From Marsupella aquatica (lineage: Eukaryota; Plantae; Marchantiophyta), in contig OZ316898.1 in the NCBI GenBank assembly GCA_973895155.1, positions 10,686,486 through 10,721,537 of the forward strand: DNA of 35,052 bases, written 5' to 3'. Position numbers and translations under genes: made by a program. Each line of letters opens with the position of its first letter. The first letter of the stretch is position 1. Below the pieces are notes generated by a model that was not told the DNA's origin, ran no database searches, and worked only from the letters and a program-made list of their open reading frames with translations. Positions 1-12,900 of this stretch are shown here, piece by piece.

Positions 1-1358
1 CCCAGATATGAATGACTAGGATTGTATTTCTCACTTAGAAAAAAAGGAATTGTTGCCCCCAAGTTCTTGTAAAGCCACCCTTAGAACCAGGAGTTCCATC
101 AAAAAACGCTGAAGCGGACTTACTGCCATATGATTAGCTTACAAAGGATTGAACCAAGGCTGGAGCATGCGCACGAGACTAATCAAAACTTATAGAGCAA
201 AGGAGGTCATGTGGATAAGGTGAACTCTTGGCGAATATGAAAAGATGGGTTAGTCCCCCCAGCCTTTTCTTTCCACGAGTATAGCTTTAGATACGGCGGT
301 GTGAATGGAATCCAATCCATTCAAAATCCAGCAACTTCTGCAACGGGGCATTTTCTTACTACGAATCAATTCACAAAGGCAGAGCCAATTGGCCAGCATC
401 CAGAATTCGTTGAAAAGTGTGAGTAAAGAAGAAAGAGAAGATGATACCACAGTTGGCGTAGATCTCTCAGATAAAGCAAGAACCAGAACGGCTGGGCTCT
501 ATCCGTGTGTCAGATTGTGTCATCTAGAGTTGGTGTATAGCAGCCTTTGCACTGGAAAGACAAGGGCACTGATTGAAATGGGACCTTTTTGGTGGGAGTC
601 ACGAGGCTATGGAGACAGGAGGGGGGAAAGTAGGGAAACGTTGAGGATATTTGCACAATGTTTTGTTTTTGTATTTGTTGCTGACACCACCAAGGATCCC
701 TGTTGTAGGCTATGGCAGGCTTGCATGTATAAAAGCAAGCATAAGGCAATTTCATTTATACAACTGAATTATTAAAGAGACTGGGTGGGCAACTTTGCTG
801 GTGCTCTGGCTTTGGGGTTTTTGATTTGGCGCTCTGTCTATGGGAACTTTTGCACGTTTCTTTTTCTCAAACTTTAGTGCACTTCGTGGTTTTTCTTTTG
901 TAAATATGAATGCTGTGCGGAGGAGATGCACAGCCCAGATTTGGATAGGAATGGCGGCTCTTTTCTAACCTGCCCCCCAAACTTCCCAAATTTTCTAAGC
1001 TGTCCCCAGGACAAAATTAATTATCAATCTGTCTTCCATTTTGTGGATGGGTTACCATTTACTGAACCATGGCTAAATTGTTTTTGTTCTCATTGGCTAG
1101 GGCTTCCAGCTGCCACATGGCAAGGCTCCCCCCCCCACACTTGTTGCTGGCCCAACATTTACTGTCGAGACCTCAGCCAAACTGTTCCAGGCCGGCCGAC
1201 AAGTGCATCGGAACTATACAAAATGAGGGTTGAGAACGAAATGGTTTCAGCTGTTTTGCGGCAGTTTTTCAGCCCAAACGCTACTCCTTTCTGTTGCTAA
1301 GGCCTCAACAATAAACATCAGACCAGTAGCAAGGAGGAGCGGGAGGTTTTGGGTTATT

Positions 1359-1677
1359 TGTTGAGCATAGACGACAATCGCAACGGTAAGTACATGACAC
1401 AAGAGATACGTGGTTCACCTCCTCGAGGCTACATCCACGTGAACACACAAGAGAACTTTACTGAACTCTAAGTCTGTCGACTATACCAAGTCTCTATAGT
1501 GTAAGCTCTCCTCATCTCTCAAGTGGTTCCATAACAATGAGCTAAAGTTCCACTTATCCAAGCAAACATCGCTTGGCATATAGTGTGCATCCTAGTTAAC
1601 CTAACCACATCTTTGACTATAGTTAGTCTAACTATGGTTACATGTCGTAACCCTAGACCTTGAGTAAATACCTAACA
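1359..1677 (-). mobile_element. Solo LTR (319 bp) of the same family as the LTR at 33743-34181
   Basis: Termini are TG...CA, flanked by a 5-bp TSD TTATT (1354-1358, 1678-1682). The ends (TGTTGAGCATAGACGAC..., ...GAGTAAATACCTAACA) and internal blocks (CACAAGAGATACGTGGTTCACCTCCT) are near reverse complements of the LTR at 33743-34181. Confidence 0.9.
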
Positions 1678-1930
1678 TTATTCCATAGCCAAGGGCACCT
1701 TGCCTTGTGGCAATGGGAAGCCCTAAACAAATGAGAACAAAGGCTTGATAACCATGGTTGAGTTAGTGATAATGCATATACAAAATGGGCGACAGGTTGA
1801 TAATTAATATTATTGGGGACAGATTAGAAGAAGTGGGTAGTTTAGGGGACATATTAGTAAAAAACTGATACAAATAATATCAAATTCCTCCTCTCATTTT
1901 AGTACAATGTTTTTTCAATAGAAATTATGG

Positions 1931-2057
1931 TAGGCTTTTAGTGAAAGGTAACCCATCCCCAAGAAGGGTAATGGGCTGTAATCATGGAGGGCGCTGAGCC
2001 CGAGGCGGTTACAGCCATTATCTCCAAGTGGAGATGAGTTACCAAGCGTAAAGCCTA
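1931..2057. repeat. Imperfect ~127-bp palindrome (MITE-like fold-back)
   Basis: Nested inverted blocks: TAGGCTTT/AAAGCCTA, GGTAACCCATCCCCA/TGGAGATGAGTTACC and TAATGGGCTGTAA/TTACAGCCATTA. Confidence 0.6.
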
Positions 2058-2132
2058 AGTGAATTTTTACATAACATTCAGTTTGATCAGTTTCACATAG
2101 GAATGGTTTGATCAGTCATTGTCTGCCACTTA

Positions 2133-2396
2133 CACTTTACTTTATTTCTCATTCAAATTTCATAATCCCCATGCCAGGCTGACCCAGGGCTCCATGGTTT
2201 CACCCTGGGTAATGCCTCACAACCATGTACACACATACAAAGGAAATAATTCAGGAAGGGGCACTTTATTTTATTTCTCATTCAAATTTCATAATACCCA
2301 AGCAGGCCAAACTGACCCAGGGGTTTCAGTGGTTGCTTCACCTGGGTAATGCCTCACATCCTTGTACACACATGCAAAGGAAATAATTGAGGAATG
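2133..2396. repeat. Tandem duplication of a ~130-bp unit (2 copies)
   Basis: CACTTTA.TTTATTTCTCATTCAAATTTCATAAT...CCTGGGTAATGCCTCACA...CAAAGGAAATAATT.AGGAA starts at both 2133 and 2262. Confidence 0.85.
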
Positions 2397-3411
2397 GTCT
2401 AGTACAGTGTATCAAGTCCCTCCTATAAGGACATTATGAGCTCGATTATGGGCAATAAAGGCCCTCAAAATACATGCAAAGCCCTCATTTTGTTGGCATT
2501 ATGGCCCACTACGTCCTGTTACTAAGGCGTTTCTATATACGCATCTACCATAGGTTTTGGGGGTTTGCATTAGCCCTGTTTTTCAGTTTTGTGTTTGTCC
2601 TCTCTGCTGTTACTCCTTTGTACTTTGTTTGACCCTTGTTAGTAGAGTGGTCTGTTTTCTCCATATATAGGCCTTAGTCTATTGCTTTCAGAGCATCATT
2701 TGTAGCTTTGTGTGTTTTTGGAGGGGGGTCCATATGGATAAAGTTTGGCCCCCTTTTCATTTTCCTTTCTGTCCACGACACTACATGTTTTGGACTGTAT
2801 GCTCATCAAAAGAGAGCCAGTTTGGAGGATAAGAATTGTGTCAAATCTCTTTGTCTTGAGCACTGAAATCAATAAATGAAGACAGTCATTGGATCCTTAG
2901 GACACTATTCTCATTCCATGTCCCCTGTTCGATCAACTCCATGTTTAAGCAAGTCTGCTCGAATGGATGGTCCTTTTTTGATCCCAAAGGAGAGTCACGA
3001 TCCCTGGATGGTTCCCCATTTGAGCTACAGTAGTTAAGTCCTATACTGGCCGTATCCTAGTGCCTATCCAGTTCGACTGAGTTGAGTTACAAGTAAATCA
3101 GATCTCCATTGTGTTTTTTCCACGAATGGTAATTTCTACTGATAAATAAGTACATTGGGTAGTTTCAAAGGGGAAATTTTAACTCAAAGCAAAAATTATT
3201 TCATTAAACACGTCAAGTAAGTCATAGTACTCGTTTCACATAGAGAGCATGTTTTATTCAGGAACCTCTTTTGGGGCAATTTTTTTGTATCAGTGTCACT
3301 TCATTAGTTCACCATAGGGGTGATTTGAGGCTCAGAATGTAGATGAAATCTATGTTTGACAAAAACAACAGCATCTAAAAATGGATCAAATTTCTCTTAA
3401 GAAGTCACAAG

Positions 3412-3454
3412 TTTCAGCACCTCCGTATTAATACTATGTACGGAGGTGCTGAAA
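3412..3454. repeat. Perfect 16-bp inverted repeat with an 11-nt loop
   Basis: TTTCAGCACCTCCGTA-ttaatactatg-TACGGAGGTGCTGAAA. Confidence 0.9.
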
Positions 3455-4602
3455 AATCCAGTATACATTAGGCTTTGCATTTTGAGGTATCATCCTTGCA
3501 ATATATGGTAAACTAAAGAATTAATCCGTGGACCCCCATGTTCATCCAAGGAATGTGTGTTTGAACACGATTTCGGACCGAACGAGAACTATTTCCTCTA
3601 AACGAGAAGTGTATTTTCATTTTCTGCCGAATCTCACAAAATCGGCAGTTTTTTTCATCAAAAACACATTTTTGGGGAAATAATGTAATTCGTATCGGAG
3701 TTCGGATTGAAACAGCAAATTTAATAATGTTCAAAACCAATGAAATTCATGCTAACAAACATTCATATTATCAAGGAACAATTAGATCCGAAAAAATTTC
3801 TCCTCAACCTCATATTCACGCTCTCCGAAGATATATCAAAGGTCTTATCTATAAATCCATATCCACGTTTCGAGCCAAGTGTGATAACTGTATCGGACTC
3901 CGGATTTGAGCCACGAAAGCTCCGACCCAATCTCAGTTTTCTCAGTTTTGGGGTATTTACCAGAAATATTTTACATCACAGTCGATAAGAATTACTGCAC
4001 GGTTCGTCAATTTTCAACAAGGCGGTAATCGCCCAGGTAATCGATGGTTTTGAGTCTCTCAATGGTCTTGGTGTGTGCTCGTACAAAAGAAAAGTAACGC
4101 TCAAAAGATAGAGGAGATTTATCAACGGAAGGTTGAATATGGAGGAATTGAGTTTTTTGACGGTTTTTGCTTACACATTAGAGAAATTGTGTTTCTATCA
4201 TTCATGATTGATCGTTTGTGAGTTACATTGAGCATTACCGCCACAAGACAGACCGGAGGACAACACTTAGCTATTGGCAAAAGAGCGCTTGTCGATTCGA
4301 TGGGAAGAACACACAAAACAAACAAGTCATCGCTTCACATGAGGGATTTGTAGTTTTTTCTATTTAAGAAAGCTATGGTGTGAGAGGGAGACCAATGATT
4401 GTTTCTTTGACATAGAGGCTACATTTTGGTGTCAACCTGTGTTCAGAATGAGCTTCAGTTGAAGACTAGAGGAATGCAAACAATTCAAGCCGGGAAGCAA
4501 GCATTGTGGACAAGGGATGGCGACGTAATCAAAGAAATCAATTTTCAACGGCTAAGTTTGTGACGGTGATGAGATTGTGATATCTCTTAATCGAGAAAAG
4601 GG

Positions 4603-5100
4603 TTTCCAATGAGCCTCAGATTCACAAATTTTATCAAGTTCCAAATGAGTTTTTGAATTTCTTTGCCTTTCCAATGAGCGAGTATAAGAAATATTAATCA
4701 TGAGTCCATGAATTCTTTTAGCTTTCCAACATGATTGAGTCCGACATTGACAAATTTTACGTCAGATTTTGTCACGTTACTAAAGAGATCATGAGGTTTT
4801 CAATCTCTCTAGCTTTCTAATGTGTGACATTGAGATTATTTGTCAAGAATTACACAGATCATGAGTATCTGAATTTCTCTAGCTTTCCAATAAACCTAAC
4901 ATTGATAGATTTTGTCAAGTACTAAGGAGATGATGAGTTTTTAGTTTTACTTTAGTTTTCCAATGAGTGTGACATTGAGAGATTTTATCAAGACAATACT
5001 AAAGAGGTCACAAGTTTCTAAATCTTGATCTTGAGTTTTCCAATGAATCAAACATTGACAGATTTTATCAAGTACTAAGGAGATTGATTATTTAGTTTTA
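4603..5100. repeat. Degenerate tandem repeat, ~60-77 bp unit, about 7 copies
   Basis: Recurring TTTCCAATGAG...ACATTGACAGATTTTATCAAG...ACTAA.GAGAT.ATGAGTTT blocks. Confidence 0.7.
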
Positions 5101-5900
5101 CAATGTGAAGCCAAAGGGGTTTTAACTATGTACATTTCTATTGGTTGGTTTTTTCAAGCTTGCAAAAAATTAAAAAATACAAGCATTTTGATATAAAACA
5201 CTGATATATCTTTGACAAACATCAAAATGGTAACTTTATTTTACTAAATGACATATCTCCCTTTGTATTTTGGTTTTTTTTACATATATACGGCATGGCG
5301 CCCCAAAAATTACATTGCTTTTGCCACAAACAGGAATGCGCACGTTTGGTATTGTTAAAAGTATGATCATTCATGTTTATGGCTGGTTGTGATGATGTGG
5401 CGTAACCTCGTGGCAAGGAATTTGCAAGAGACCTCTCATGGGGATCCGTAAAGATAACTCTTTACATTTTTACTGTAACTATACAGTACGCAAATAGCAT
5501 ACACCGTTGGAGATGCTCTTGGTGCATGGGACCTGACTTTTCACAATTTGGTCCGACTTGCAATACACTTGAATGACCTGACTCAGTAAACCCTGTCGCA
5601 CCTCAATGCAATGATCACAGCAATTGTTTACTTGGTTTCACCCAGTTCCTCACCATTGTCCATCCCACCACGCAAGAGCAAAAGTGACCAATCTGACAAA
5701 AGGGTCTTGTGAAGTCATTGGCTTTGTTACATGTCAGTGGTTCATACCCTGCCCCTTGTTGCATTGTCCCAAGCCCTAAAGATGATCTCAAAGGTCTTCT
5801 TAATTGGTACTAAAATAAACCAAGCATTAGTTATAGAGCTAACTCTTTTGTGAGTTCACTCTAAATATTCCATGAGAACATTTATACTTTGTAAGTGTCC

Positions 5901-6215
5901 TAAAAACCTGGCCTGTGTTGGTGTTGCAGACCGGTATGCAGTTATTGGGTCCTGTGTGCTCTCCTATTGTGTCTCAGGTGATGCACTTGTTTCTGCTACG
6001 CTCCTGTTTGCCTTGGACTAGTGGCTTTTGGTGGGGTCCCTCTCCTTGGTTGAGGTTCTTCCTTGTTCCTGTTGACCTCTCTTTGTTTTAACGCCCTTTG
6101 TGGCTCTTTTGCCTTTTGGCCTGCAGGGTCCCCCCAATCCATGGGGTTCACGCAGAATAAATGTATTTAAAAAAAATTTAAAAATTTAAAATTTTTTAAA
6201 AACCTGGCCTGCGTT
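5901..6215 (+). mobile_element. Short non-LTR retro-insertion (5'-truncated LINE 3' end or SINE) with target-site duplication
   Basis: The direct repeat TAAAAACCTGGCCTG(T/C)GTT at 5901-5919 and 6197-6215 flanks ~280 bp. The insert ends in AATAAA (6156) followed by an A-rich tail, the signature of target-primed reverse transcription. Confidence 0.75.
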
Positions 6216-6399
6216 ACAATTCAAATAATGTGTCTCAAAGCTAGGCCGTGGTTGAAAGTTATGGATTGAAGATTGATCCCGTAACTTCAATTGGTTATGG
6301 TGTTGGGAAAAAGGCGACACAATACACGAGAGTCAAACAACAAGCAAGAACACAGACACACAAGATATGTGGTTTGCCTTCATCAAGGCTATATACATG

Positions 6400-7230
6400 G
6401 AATGCTAGAGCTTTGGCCACCATCGAGGCCACCACAGCCACACCAAGCCTCTGTCGAGCCTCCAAGTAAAACTGTCCAAGAATGCTCCACCTAGCACCTA
6501 GCTTGCTCCATCAACAATGAGCATGGGTCTCCAAGAGGAGCACTTCCTTCTCCCCTATATGCTAGGAATGATAATTAACCTATGTATAGTTAAGCCAAGA
6601 CTAGAGTCAATCCTAAAATATGGGACCAGTTTAAGGAACTTTAAAATCGCCGAGGGGGGAGGCAGCATTGACCCGCTTTGTAAGGCAGGGGTTATGGCCT
6701 CAACTCAGTCTCTAAACATACATCATTTTTTCTTCATTCTCACTCAGCCGCCACCCCAAACAGAGCAGTCATCACCATGTCGGCCCAAAGTCCATGTGAC
6801 TGCCTTCAATCACAACTTTTCTGATTTCAGGATTTCCAAATTCCAGATTGGCGCCTAAACATATGAAAGAATTATTAAGGTTAAGTGTTGAGCCCACTGG
6901 CTTTTCTTACCCAACAAAAGATTGGCTTCCACAACTTTATGGGAGTAATCATAATTTTTGGGTTATATGAACTCTCGAGAGTTATAAGAAAACATTATGC
7001 TGACGTCTCACAGCTATTAGCCCTCCTAATTGTTTCACAAGTGAATGGGGAAATGGTGTTTGCCATTGACCCTTTCCTCATGAACTTGACCCAATAAACT
7101 TTTGTCAGGAACATTCTTGGTGATTTGGTAAGATTATGATTGTGAGGCCAAGGTACATGACTGCTGATTTTGGACTGGCTAGGGGCATCTTGAATAGGCA
7201 CATTATGGCCAGCAGTTGAAGAATTTTTTT
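6400..7230 (+). pseudogene. Heavily decayed receptor-like protein kinase fragment
   Basis: GCTGATTTTGGACTGGCTAGG encodes ADFGLAR (7162-7182). It is preceded, across frames, by NIL... and DYDCEAKV remnants. Weaker upstream remnants occur in the expected order: LATI..H (~6413), MSMGLQEEHF resembling MSNGSLEEHL (6517) and a PPIVH-like stretch (~7022). Many indels and stops. Confidence 0.4.
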
Positions 7231-7599
7231 CTTTGTATATAATTCTCATACTTTTATGGTATAATGATGACTGGCTGATAAAGACCCAAGCACCAAGTTC
7301 ACCCACAATTCACGATTTAATGCAAGTGACAAAGTATAAGACATCAAGTAGGTGGTGGCCCCACTATTAAACTTTTGTTCTTGCCCACCACTTTGCCACA
7401 CTCAAGAAGTCAAGAGGAATGGTGTAAAAGAAACATCTTACAACAAGATAATTAATGAAGTATTTAAACCACAACTCGGGGTACATAAGGACCCCGAGCC
7501 CTGCCCGCGAGCGTGCCACTCTGCCCGTTGGGTAAGAGACCAGTTCGAACCCGAGGGACTAACCCGGGGTCAGCAGGGCTGCCCTCCCCTCCCCCACCA

Positions 7600-8560
7600 G
7601 CCCTAGACTGCGACGAGCTGCCCCTACGAGCTGCTCGCCTCGTCCCGCGCTCCTCCCTTCAACCCCTGCGAGGTGCTGGCCTCCTGCAAGCTGCTCGCCT
7701 CCTCTCGCACTCCTCCCTTCAAGGTTTTGGCTGCCATAGCCAGCCACAGTGTGCCCATGCTCGATGTGCCATCTGCTGCCCCTGGTTGCTGTTGCCACTC
7801 AATCGATTGCCGAAGCTTGATGCATCCTTGGCTGTTGGTGCTTCATTCAACTTGCTGCTTCATTCGACTTGCTGCTGCTAAGGCTATTGTTGCCGAGGCT
7901 CGCTGCTGCCTCCCAGCTGAATGTATGGCCTCCTCCCTTCGAGCTTACGGCTGCCATAGCCATCCACGGACTACCCTACTCGCTGCACCCTTGGCTGCCC
8001 CTGTTCGTGAAGTTCTCGGCTGCCCCTTCTTGCTGTTGTTGCTCGATTTCCTGCTTGATCTCGTTGCTGAATCAATTTTGTGCTTCAACTCAACTTGCTG
8101 TTGAATAGATTTGCTGTTTCAACTCATTGCTTGAACTCGCTGTTGAAGGTCGCTGCTGAATCTTGCTGCTGCCTCGGCTGTTGCTGCTGAAGCTTGCCGC
8201 TTCAACTCGCTGCTGCCCTCGCTCACTGCTGCCTTGGTCCAAGCTCGCTTGCTGCTGAAATCTTGCTGCTGCTGAAATCTTGCTGCTGCCTCGGCTGTTG
8301 CTGCTGAAGCTCGCCGCTTCAACTCACTGTTGCCCTCACTCGCTGCTGCCTTGGTCCAAGCTCGCTGCTTCAACTCGCTGCTGCCCTCACTCGCTGCTGC
8401 CTCGGTCCAAGCTCGCTGCTTCAACTTGTTGCTGCCTCTGTCCAAGCTTGCTTGCTTCAACTCGCTTCTGCCTCGGGGTCCCTCACCAACCTCGATTGCT
8501 GCTCAAGCTTGCTCGTTGCTGCAGGTCAAGGTTGCTCGCTCCATAGCTAACAAGCTCCTT
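7600..8560. repeat. GC-rich, GCT/GCTC-rich low-complexity region with ~50-bp and ~117-bp internal duplications
   Basis: Repeated GCTTCAACTCGCTGCTGCCCTCACTCGCTGCTGCC(T/C)TGGTCCAAGCTC units at 8130-8470. The overlapping ORFs here are repeat-derived. Confidence 0.7.
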
Positions 8561-8820
8561 GCTCATGTTGTTGTGCCCACATTCCAGCTTTAGCTTCACT
8601 AGGGATAGTGTCAACTCTCTGGTCCCCTCTCCTCCTTTGTTACATTGCAATGTCAATTTTCGAGCAATGTAGTATTCATGTCTTGTTGCAATGAGTCAGA
8701 CTTGGTTTTGGGTGATTTGAGTCAGTCTCTGCTGGATCTCCATTGTTGAATTCATATTGTATGTGAGTGTTTGGCAGCAACAGCATATGTGATATTTGAG
8801 TGTTTGATTTTTTCAGGAAC

Positions 8821-9218
8821 ATGGCACCAATTAGAAAGTTGAGAGCCACATTGACTGAACATGACAATGGGACCTACACCTTGAGTTGGCAGGATCCTGC
8901 TGATGTTGGCGAAGCTCCACCTATTGTCCGGACTGTCACATTGGAACAAGTCCAAGCTGATTTTCCTCAATTCTCTACTACAATTTCAGAGTGTCACATG
9001 GATCTCAATCCTGTAGCCCCGATTGAACAGTTTATCATGTGCGCAACATACAGTTATGTTGAAACTGTCATGAGAAGGAAAAGATTTCAGGTCTACACTC
9101 ACTTGGCTTACATAGCAGGTTTTATGATAGAACCAAGTTTCCCGAAGCTGTTGAAGCTTGAGTGAAGGCAACTTGGCATGATGAAGGGGAGGAATTTGTA
9201 GGATTTATCCCAAATTAG
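8821..9218 (+). pseudogene. Small disrupted ORF (~132 aa restored) with a P2X7-ballast/KolX-like C-terminal motif
   Basis: An acceptor TTTTTTCAG lies just before the ATG at 8821. Restoring one T in the run at 9120-9123 and reading TGA 9159-9161 as CGA gives ...RRKRFQVYTHLAYIAGFYDRTKFPEAVEA(R)VKATWHDEGEEFVGFIPN*. Confidence 0.4.
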
Positions 9219-9240
9219 GAGTACACAGGCTTCTGCTATA

Positions 9241-9620
9241 CACTACTACATATCGGCCCCTTTTGCGAAGGTGTTTTTTGACGTCGAAAAGGCCTTGCGA
9301 TGTTAGAACCTTCAGATATTTTGTGATGCAACACGCATCACAATATCCCATGCTCTTACCATCGCACATTCACGTTGCGAAGCTACATACATCGCAATTA
9401 ATTTTTGATGTTATTGACTTCGCAACACGTTTAGATACTAGTTGTCTCGCAACGACTTTGTGAGTCCGCGACCATCGCGACCGTATTCGGATACATTTTG
9501 GTTCATAATTTAGCGAGACTAATACTATCACAAATAGTTTGTGAACCTATTATGTTCGGAAAGTGTTGTGAAGAATGGTGGGTCGCAAAGTACCGAAGCC
9601 AATTTGGTCGCAAGTTTGAG
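9241..9620 (+). repeat. CACTA left TIR and subterminal TCGCAA/TTGCGA repeat region
   Basis: CACTA terminus plus about ten TGCGA/TCGCA-type motifs in both orientations, and CpG-deaminated variants (TCACAA/TTGTGA). Confidence 0.85.
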
Positions 9621-9994
9621 AATGTATTTGTATCACAAGTACCGATGGAATTGGATTCACAAGAGGTTCAGAAATTCCTTCCTGTCTGGTTCAAAAAATG
9701 TTTCACAAAGAGAGTTGTTTGCAAAGTTTTCAGAATGGAAATTTTTGAGAGAATACTTTAGAAGATGGAGAATGCATGTGTTTAGGTTATAAGCTAGGGA
9801 TTTAAAAAAGGTGGCATGCATGAGGATAACTTTTCTAGTGGCTAGGGTTGCATGTATAGCAGTAAAATGAAATTTCAAAGTCCAAGTGTTTGTAAGACAA
9901 AAGAAGAAAATAAATAGGTAAATATAAATAAAACCATGATAGTTAATATAACCACAATTATACGCTCACAACAAGTTTTACTACTAGTGATGCA

Positions 9995-12900
9995 TCAAAC
10001 TTGGTCCTCATCCTCTCCTCCGTTTGACACAATAATAACTTCAGGTTTTTCTGAGATAATGGAACGAGATCGTGGCACATACGGTGTAACAACTGACCAC
10101 TCCTCTGGGTCTGGTGGGTACGGAATATAGAAACACTGCTCAAGGTGACTTGGGAATGTAAACGGTTCAGATGTTTGCCAATGAGATGGTTGAAAGCTAG
10201 TTGCTGATGTCTTCAATCGAGTAAACCCACAATCATCAAGAAGTACTGTGCGATTCTCACCAACCAAGTGAATTTTGAACCACTTACACTTGAAGACATA
10301 CTCTTCAAATTTTGTATCTGCATCATAGGATACAATCAAGATCTCCTCTATCTTCCCATAGTGAGGCACCACATCTCGGATGACATTGGTGTCATGGCGG
10401 CTACTTTGTGAATCCTGCATGAACTGCCCTTGAACTCCACAGTCAAAAGTTCTACCCCTCTTCTCATCAAGGTCAGAAATCCTGAAATGTCTCCCTTGTG
10501 TCCACATTGCTGTTCTGGTCTGAACAAGTCTCAAAGGGCCATGAACAATTGTTCGAACCTCAGGAGTCATATCTGGAAAATGTGATACACTCTCACCTTG
10601 GGCCACCATAGCATCCAACTGAAGTACTTTCTCCCTCATATACTCAAGGAACTTTGGAAAAATCCTTGGACGACGACTCTCCCTCTTTGCATCCTCATAA
10701 ACTCTCTCCATTCTTCCATCACAGTACTATTACTCAACATGAAAGTAGTCATCTGTGTCAACTCCACTCCGGTCAGTAAGCGTGTTTTTTTGGCTCCTGT
10801 TAAACGATCCTCCTCCATTTCTCTCTCTTCCATCCAACTGCGTGGACAACTAGGATCAATGGTAGCTAAGATGTTGCTGCAATAGAACATACTCTCAGCT
10901 GCCAAGTATCCTGTTGCCATGCTCCCCTCCACTCATGCACGATTCCGTAATAAGCCTTTAACACAGCCATATATCTTTCCAACCAATACATCCAACGACA
11001 ATGCACTGGACCAGCAATGGCAACCTCCCTCACAAGATGAACAAGTAAATGTACTTGACAATCAAAGAAGGAAGGAGGGAGGGCCTTCTCTAACTTGCAC
11101 ACTACCTCTATTGCCAATACCTCCATCCGTGGGATCTCTTCTTCATATATTTCCTTTGAGCATATCCATCTCAACAAAGTGCCCAATGACCATAGGGCGT
11201 CTTGCACTTCTTCACTGCCCAAGCCTATGATTGCCACAGGAAGTATATGTTGTAGTAAACGGTGATAGTCATGTGTCTTCAAATACATTGGCCACTTATG
11301 ACTGTCCTCCATACCAAAAGCTTTCCGAAGATTGGCACCATAGCCTGTAGGAAACCGCATCTGACCTATGCGTTGTCGAAACTCTCTTCTTTCACCAACA
11401 CTCAAAACCCAAGGAGCTGAAGGACGGTGTTCCATCCCTGTTGATGCATCAACTGTTATCCATACATCTGGATGTCGTTCTAGATCCTGGCATGCCTCCC
11501 TAAAATTATGGTCCTTTTCTCCATAAAAATGCTTGATCAAAGCCTTCCCAACGTTTCCCTCTATATGCATGGGGTCTAACAAATGATGAATCTTCAACTC
11601 TAGCCAATACGGCAATGTGACTAGTATACTCCACCTCGTCAACCCACTTCCATCAAATGTCATGGGGTCGTTAGGGTCTGCCACCCTATCAGCTATGGAT
11701 TTCCAATGTGCAAAGGATGTACGCTCAGGTATGTCACGCTCATCACCATTGATCATGTCAAAGTCTGAAAATAGAAGGGGGTCAGACCTCATCTCATGTC
11801 CAAGTGGAAGAAACTTGGTATGCCCAAGGTAGATTATCTTGCGAAGCCATCTTGAGTACTTGGCCATATCTTCAAGGCTTGGACCACAAGTGGAGCATGC
11901 CTTATACCCTTGAGTTTGTAACCCTGAAACAAACCCAAACCCTGCAACAAACCCAAACCAAAATAACTTTCTCAATTAGAGTCAAAGGATTTAAAAAGTT
12001 CATGTACATACATAAATATGAGGGACTTCTTTTAAAACAAACTCTATAATACATAAAAAAAACACCAATCCATACCCCTTACCAGGATAGTCATGCATGG
12101 TCCACATATTGATTCCCTTCAATTTGAAGACACATGATAATCCCCCTGTAGTTTTTCGGCCATCATAGGCCCACACACCGTCCCATAATTTTTGGAGTTC
12201 CCCAACCAATAGTGCCAAATAGGTGTCCATGTTTTTTACCTTAGATGGACCTGGGATAATCAATGATAGCAACAAGAAGCCCTTTTTCATGGACAACCAT
12301 GGTGGAAGATTGTAATTCATAACAACCACCGGCCAAACTGATGTTGGGCGTCCTTTTCCACCAAGGGAGTGTGGGCTGACCCCATCCGATGCCAACCCCA
12401 ACCTCACATGACGAGGGTCATGTGCAAACTCTGGCCATTGTGCCTCCACATGCTTGTGAGCAGGGGAGTCAACTGGCAACCGCATGACACCGGCCTCTGA
12501 TCGATGTGTCTTATGCCATACCATCAATTCTGCCAAGTCAGAACATCGATACATATGCAACAATCGAGGAATAATGGGAAACCAATGGACAGCTTTCCTG
12601 GGCACCTTTTCCGTCAACATGTTGTTGTCATATCGAGGCTCATGACAAATTGGACACTCAGTTATGTTGGCATTGGTCTCATGATATAGGATGCAGTCAT
12701 TCACACAAGCATGAATGATATGATATTCCATACCAATGGATGATAGAACTCTCTTTGCCTCCTTCCAAGTTCCTGGCAATACATTGTCACTAGGTAACAT
12801 GAGGTCATGGAAAATTCCAAACAAATCCGATAGAAGGGCATTGCTTGCCTTGTGTTTTGCCTGAAGATTCATCAATGCCAAGATGGCAGAGAGTCTATTC

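Noticed and set aside
250-1300. ORFs 305-775 and 926-1300 as genes
   Set aside because: No recognisable motifs or supportable exon structure.
3512-3990. Helitron 3' end on the minus strand (CCGTGGA...TCCAAGG stem near TTAG)
   Set aside because: Stem is imperfect, the terminus is TTAG rather than CTRR, and no 5' TC boundary could be fixed.
5504-5518. PIF/Harbinger (Tourist)-type TIR CCGTTGGAGATGCTC
   Set aside because: Resembles a known TIR, but no partner TIR or TAA/TTA TSD was found, so no element can be delimited.
7513-8593. Several overlapping 80-140 aa ORFs
   Set aside because: Products of GCT-rich low-complexity repeats that are open in several frames, with no recognisable domain.
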